A DNA stretch of 64,000 nt. It comes from an uncultured Phycisphaerales bacterium (GTDB lineage Bacteria; Planctomycetota; Phycisphaerae; Tepidisphaerales; Tepidisphaeraceae). The DNA is taken from contig CAVWLP010000002.1 of NCBI GenBank assembly GCA_963755915.1, positions 2,112,001-2,176,000 of the forward strand. The letters run 5' to 3'. The translations under genes were made by a program, and so were the position numbers. This document shows, piece after piece, positions 62,923 to 64,000 of the stretch. Position 1 is the first letter of the stretch. Every line of letters starts with the position of its first letter. The notes beneath the pieces are model-generated. The model saw only the letters and a program-made list of their open reading frames with translations, searched no databases and had not been told where the DNA came from.

Positions 62923-62996
62923 TACCCGCGTCAGGATTCGAACCTGAGACCTCCGGTTTAGGAAACCAGCGCTCTATCCAACTGAGCTACGCGGGC
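62923..62996 (-). tRNA. tRNA-Arg (anticodon CCT)
   Basis: Reverse complement GCCCGCGTAGCTCAGTTGGATAGAGCGCTGGTTTCCTAAACCGGAGGTCTCAGGTTCGAATCCTGACGCGGGTA forms a full cloverleaf. Confidence 0.95.
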
Positions 62997-63101
62997 CCGT
63001 TCGTTCAGAACCCTATCGTCGTGCGCTGGGGCTATCAAGAAGGACCTGTTTCGGCAGATTGCGCGCCACCGAGCTCTCAAAAAATTTCTGGGGCCTGAGC
63101 A

Positions 63102-63629
63102 TCAATACAAAACTGGACACTCCGCAACAATATGGGAATAATGGGTGGTTTGGGTAAGGGAATAGGCGACGAAAATGCACGATTGCGAAGGAGAAATTTG
63201 AATTTGCGACCGGCGTTTCGCGGCTACAATTGGGAGCGGCGATTTGGGGGGGCGGCCTGGGCAGCTCTTAGGAAACCGGCGTTCTACGCAACCGAGCTGC
63301 GCGGCGCTAAGGGGCGGCAAAACGCGATCGATTCGTTCGATCGTCTCGATTCGCGGCAGATGCTTCGCCGATTCAAGGCGGCTGATCGTCTCGGGACGCA
63401 CACCAACCCGTTTGGCGAGTTCCTGTTGGGTCATTCCGGCTGCGATTCGCCGACGAATCACCTCGCGGGCGATGTCTGCCGCCGCAAATTGGAGGGCGGG
63501 AACCGAACCGTCCTTGGCCGGTTTTGGCAAACGCGGCATGACACCGGTTTTTTCCATCAGCGAGTCGAAGTCTGATCGGCTCATGATGACCAACTCCTTG
63601 CCGTCGATCTTGATCATACGGACTGCCAT
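63102..63629 (-). CDS. XRE-family HTH protein (antitoxin-like)
   Basis: RRRIAAGMTQQELAKRVGVRPETISRLESAK; the 3' extent is uncertain. Confidence 0.75.
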   Translation of the reverse strand: MAVRMIKIDGKELVIMSRSDFDSLMEKTGVMPRLPKPAKDGSVPALQFAAADIAREVIRRRIAAGMTQQELAKRVGVRPETISRLESAKHLPRIETIERIDRVLPPLSAAQLGCVERRFPKSCPGRPPKSPLPIVAAKRRSQIQISPSQSCIFVAYSLTQTTHYSHIVAECPVLY

Positions 63630-63738
63630 TGTTCAATCTCCGTAAAAGCTGTCGGATTGTTTTCCGCCGGCAAGAGCTGATCGTTTTTGGGCCATTTTAC
63701 CCCTACTTTTTGGGTCGTGATCTACCAATACCCTGTCG

Positions 63739-64000
63739 CTATTCGGCCAACTTTGCAACGGTTTTTAGGCCGTTGACGACCTGAAATTGACCATTGTCGG
63801 ACAGAAACTGTCCGTCGCGATCAAGATAAATCAATGAGTTAAGCGGTTCCTCTTTCTTATACTTAAAAGGTCTATCGGAACTCCGCCGCCGAGCGCGCTT
63901 TAAACGCTGGCGACGGCGGCGGAGGAATCTGTCGTCGATAAGCAGCGAACAAATGTAGATAAGTTTTCTGACACACGCCATACCGAGCCAGCCGAGATTC
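63739..64000 (-). CDS. C-terminus of a hypothetical protein (partial)
   Basis: Open frame running off the window edge. Confidence 0.35.
   Translation of the reverse strand, partial: NLGWLGMACVRKLIYICSLLIDDRFLRRRRQRLKRARRRSSDRPFKYKKEEPLNSLIYLDRDGQFLSDNGQFQVVNGLKTVAKLAE

Noticed and set aside
63630-63700. RelE toxin partner for the XRE gene at 63629
   Set aside because: Only a ~20-codon frame ending DSFYGD* precedes it; too short to support a call.

Overview
High-GC bacterial DNA, most likely a planctomycete (Phycisphaerae/Tepidisphaerales-like). This is inferred from the many dockerin-like + PEP-CTERM proteins and a prepilin/H-X9-DG (DUF1559-type) gene. A 3' fragment of tRNA-Asp at 49735-49778 looks like an attachment site, so everything to its left may be an integrated island. 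That region holds four things: (i) a carbohydrate-catabolism operon ending in a complete ferredoxin / ferredoxin reductase / CYP236-like P450 system; (ii) a ~27-kb co-directional 'stress/energy' tract with two P3A H+-ATPases, phosphoketolase, amylase, glucoamylase, a sugar porter, SPFH, Dyp and many small membrane proteins; (iii) an IS21, an IS1 carrying a toxin-antitoxin pair, and an IS630; (iv) many frameshifts and gene remnants. The most striking signal is FOUR copies of a ~110-nt non-coding leader (16494, 22714, 31651, 39457). Each has a conserved stem structure whose basal helix overlaps an intrinsic terminator, so it is a candidate orphan riboswitch/attenuator regulon that divides the stress tract every ~6-8 kb. 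Right of 49.8 kb lie intact genes (large PEP-CTERM proteins, DUF1559-type, cystathionine beta-synthase and gamma-lyase, CsbD, GH13) and tRNA-Arg(CCT). All family calls come from motif recognition by eye; no searches were run.
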